Positions 61,993 to 64,000 of a stretch of 64,000 bases of DNA are shown piece by piece; the first letter of the stretch is position 1, and each line of letters starts with the position of its first letter. The stretch covers positions 224,001 to 288,000 of the forward strand of contig CAWCFT010000001.1 of the NCBI GenBank assembly GCA_963794945.1, given 5' to 3'. Source of the stretch: Endomicrobiales bacterium (GTDB lineage: Bacteria; Elusimicrobiota; Endomicrobiia; Endomicrobiales; CAWCFT01). The notes beneath the pieces were generated by a model. That model was not told the origin of the DNA. It worked only from the letters and a program-made list of their open reading frames with translations, and did not search any database. The position numbers and the translations under genes are program-made.

Positions 61993-62445
61993 CTATTTTC
62001 GTCTATTACTAAAGAACTTTTGGATTATTGTACGGCACTTCGGCTCGAGCACTCCACCGGTGGCTTTGATATGATGATTGAACTTCTTGTTGCTTAAGAT
62101 ATTTATCACGAAGCCGCAGGCGCCGGATTTGGTGTCGTAGGCGCCGAAGACTAGTTCTGATATCCTGGCCCAGATAAGGGCACCGGCACACATAGGGCAC
62201 GGTTCGACGGTCACGTAAAGTTTACACCCGTCAAGGCGGTAGTTATTAAGTTTTTTCCCCGCGTTCCTGATCGCTACGATCTCTGCGTGGGCTGAAGGGT
62301 CATTTGAGGTAATGCTCTTGTTGTGTCCACGGGCTATTATCTTATCGTTAAGTGTAATTACTGCCCCTACCGGTACTTCTCCAAATTTTTGCGCCTTCTT
62401 CGCTTCTTTGATGGCTTCACTTAAAAAATATTCTTTTGTTTGCAT
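61993..62445 (-). CDS. tadA: tRNA adenosine(34) deaminase
   Basis: EVPVGA, HAE, EPCPMC. Confidence 0.95.
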   Translation of the reverse strand: MQTKEYFLSEAIKEAKKAQKFGEVPVGAVITLNDKIIARGHNKSITSNDPSAHAEIVAIRNAGKKLNNYRLDGCKLYVTVEPCPMCAGALIWARISELVFGAYDTKSGACGFVINILSNKKFNHHIKATGGVLEPKCRTIIQKFFSNRRK

Positions 62446-62747
62446 GAATTGAATGAACCTACAGTAAAACTTACTACAAAAACAAGCTGAAATAATAATA
62501 ATTATCGCTAAAAATACGCTCTAAAAGCAGCCTTTGGCACATTTAGTATTTATAAGATTATACTTAAAATTCTACAGGAAATCAATTTGGAAAGAGTGCA
62601 GATTGAATAATGAATTAGAAGATGCTTATAGATAAAATACTGTTTTTCCGCTAACGTCGTTTTATCGTCAACAAAAAGGCCCACGGTAAGCGCTAGCTTA
62701 CCCTGAGTCCATAAATTTCTCACTGATAGAATTCTGTTTGGTTAAGC

Positions 62748-62821
62748 TGGCTGCCCTGTCAGGATTTGAACCTGAAACGAACGCTCCAGAGGCGTTTGTG
62801 TTACCGTTACACCACAGGGCA
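62748..62821 (-). tRNA. tRNA-Gln(CUG)
   Basis: TGCCCTG...AACGC-CTCTGGA-GCGTT...CAGGGCA-G-CCA. Confidence 0.95.
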
Positions 62822-62862
62822 ATTAGTCTAAAAACAACTGTAACAAATATTATTGAGACCGT

Positions 62863-63159
62863 TCAATTAACTTTAGGTTTCTCTTCAGCTTTATTTACTT
62901 CATCCGCGTAATTGAGCTGCAGATCGGATATCGTGTTCCCGATAAGCTTCTCTTCTTCTGCGGAAAGGTTGCCTTTTGTCTTATCGCGGATCATGACAAG
63001 CAACTCAATGGTTATATTTGCGTTGGCTACCTCTTTTTCAATTTTGCCACTCACAGGGTTAGGGACCTTGCCAAGTTGCTGCCAGGCCGCCGAAGCAAGC
63101 ATCATTACAAGACTTATAAAATGAGGGTTTAGATTCTTTTCATCCATTGTTTTCACCAT
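62863..63159 (-). CDS. DUF1844 family protein
   Basis: AWQQLGKVPNP, KTKGNLS.EE, LQLNY. Confidence 0.85.
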   Translation of the reverse strand: MVKTMDEKNLNPHFISLVMMLASAAWQQLGKVPNPVSGKIEKEVANANITIELLVMIRDKTKGNLSAEEEKLIGNTISDLQLNYADEVNKAEEKPKVN

Positions 63160-63185
63160 TTATGAATTTATACTTGATTTTACAA

Positions 63186-64000
63186 TTAAAAGTTATGCTT
63201 TAAGCACTCGTTTATGCGCTGAACTACCTTTTCCCTTCCCATTATCTCCATCATATGAAAAAGGCTGGGCCCGGTCGTTCTGCCCGAAACCGCAACCCTA
63301 ATGGGATGAAAAATCTGGCCTGGCTTTACACCCTTTTCTGCCGCGAGGTCTCTAGCATACTTTTCAAGGGCAGTAGATGAAAAATCCTGCTGGTTTTTCA
63401 ACCGCGCGGCGCTTTCTTCAAGTACCATCTTCGCGGTATCCGCCTTGAGGGTTTTCCCCAAGGCTTCTGCGGTATATTCTACACTATCATTGAAGAAAAA
63501 GTCAATAAGGCCCGGAACTTCTTTCAATAACTTGAACTTTTCATGCTCCATTTCTATCACTTTTCCGGCGAGATTTTTATCCCAGTTCTTTATCTTCTCT
63601 AAATTACCTGTATCTTCAGCCCATTTAAAGAATACTCCTCCGAGCGCGGCAGGATCTATCTTCCGCAAGTACTCACCGTTCATCCATTCGAGCTTCTTTG
63701 GGTCGAATACCGCAGGGTTCTTAGCGCAGCGCTCGATCGAGAATTTGGCTATCAGGTCGTTTATATCGAAGAGCTGCTGGCTGTCTTCTGTTGACCAGCC
63801 GAGCAAGGCAAGGTAATTTATCAGCGCCCCGGGAAGAAACCCTTCGTTCCTGTATTCAAGCACGGACGTGTGACCGTGCCTTTTCGAAAGCCGCGAACCA
63901 TCGGCACCAAGTATCATTGAGATGTGCGCAAAGACAGGGGTTTGCCAGCCTAACGCATTATAAATGTTAACCTGTTTGGGCGTGTTAGAAAGATGATCAT
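63186..64000 (-). CDS. gltX: Glutamate--tRNA ligase, 3' part
   Basis: [14 protein letters not shown] (KMSKS-equivalent), [17 protein letters not shown]. Confidence 0.95.
   Translation of the reverse strand, partial: DHLSNTPKQVNIYNALGWQTPVFAHISMILGADGSRLSKRHGHTSVLEYRNEGFLPGALINYLALLGWSTEDSQQLFDINDLIAKFSIERCAKNPAVFDPKKLEWMNGEYLRKIDPAALGGVFFKWAEDTGNLEKIKNWDKNLAGKVIEMEHEKFKLLKEVPGLIDFFFNDSVEYTAEALGKTLKADTAKMVLEESAARLKNQQDFSSTALEKYARDLAAEKGVKPGQIFHPIRVAVSGRTTGPSLFHMMEIMGREKVVQRINECLKHNF

Overview
Bacterial chromosome segment from an anaerobe. The gene content is consistent with Elusimicrobiota or Omnitrophota, which is an inference. (1) 1-11.1 kb: the 5' 7.67 kb of a giant minus-strand gene. It has more than 2558 codons with no stop in the window, so the ORF track omits it. 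It is divergent from olsB/olsA-like acyltransferases and an HpnI-like glycosyltransferase, and all three transcription units are preceded by the same four-fold, ~11-bp-phased TTAACA-like box followed by a -10 element (Pho-box-like). (2) 11.1-19.7 kb: CusA/CusB metal efflux linked to an ECF sigma factor, an unannotated 46-aa Cys-rich peptide and an anti-sigma with a Cys-rich tail. (3) 19.7-30.6 kb: ldh, a soluble MCP, tusA, hdrA-mvhDGA plus protease, cspA and nfnAB. (4) 30.7-44.8 kb: two tRNAs, two GH2-like proteins and housekeeping genes. (5) 44.9-45.3 kb: an inverted pair of ~170-nt structured units with covarying stems. (6) 45.6-55.8 kb: a complex-I-like group 4 [NiFe]-hydrogenase operon. 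(7) 55.8-64 kb: queEDC, murI, an amidase, tmRNA, tadA, tRNA-Gln and gltX. About 13 genes carry single-base frameshifts, mostly +1, best explained as long-read consensus errors. Several families of 7-bp-periodic inverted repeats occupy intergenic gaps.
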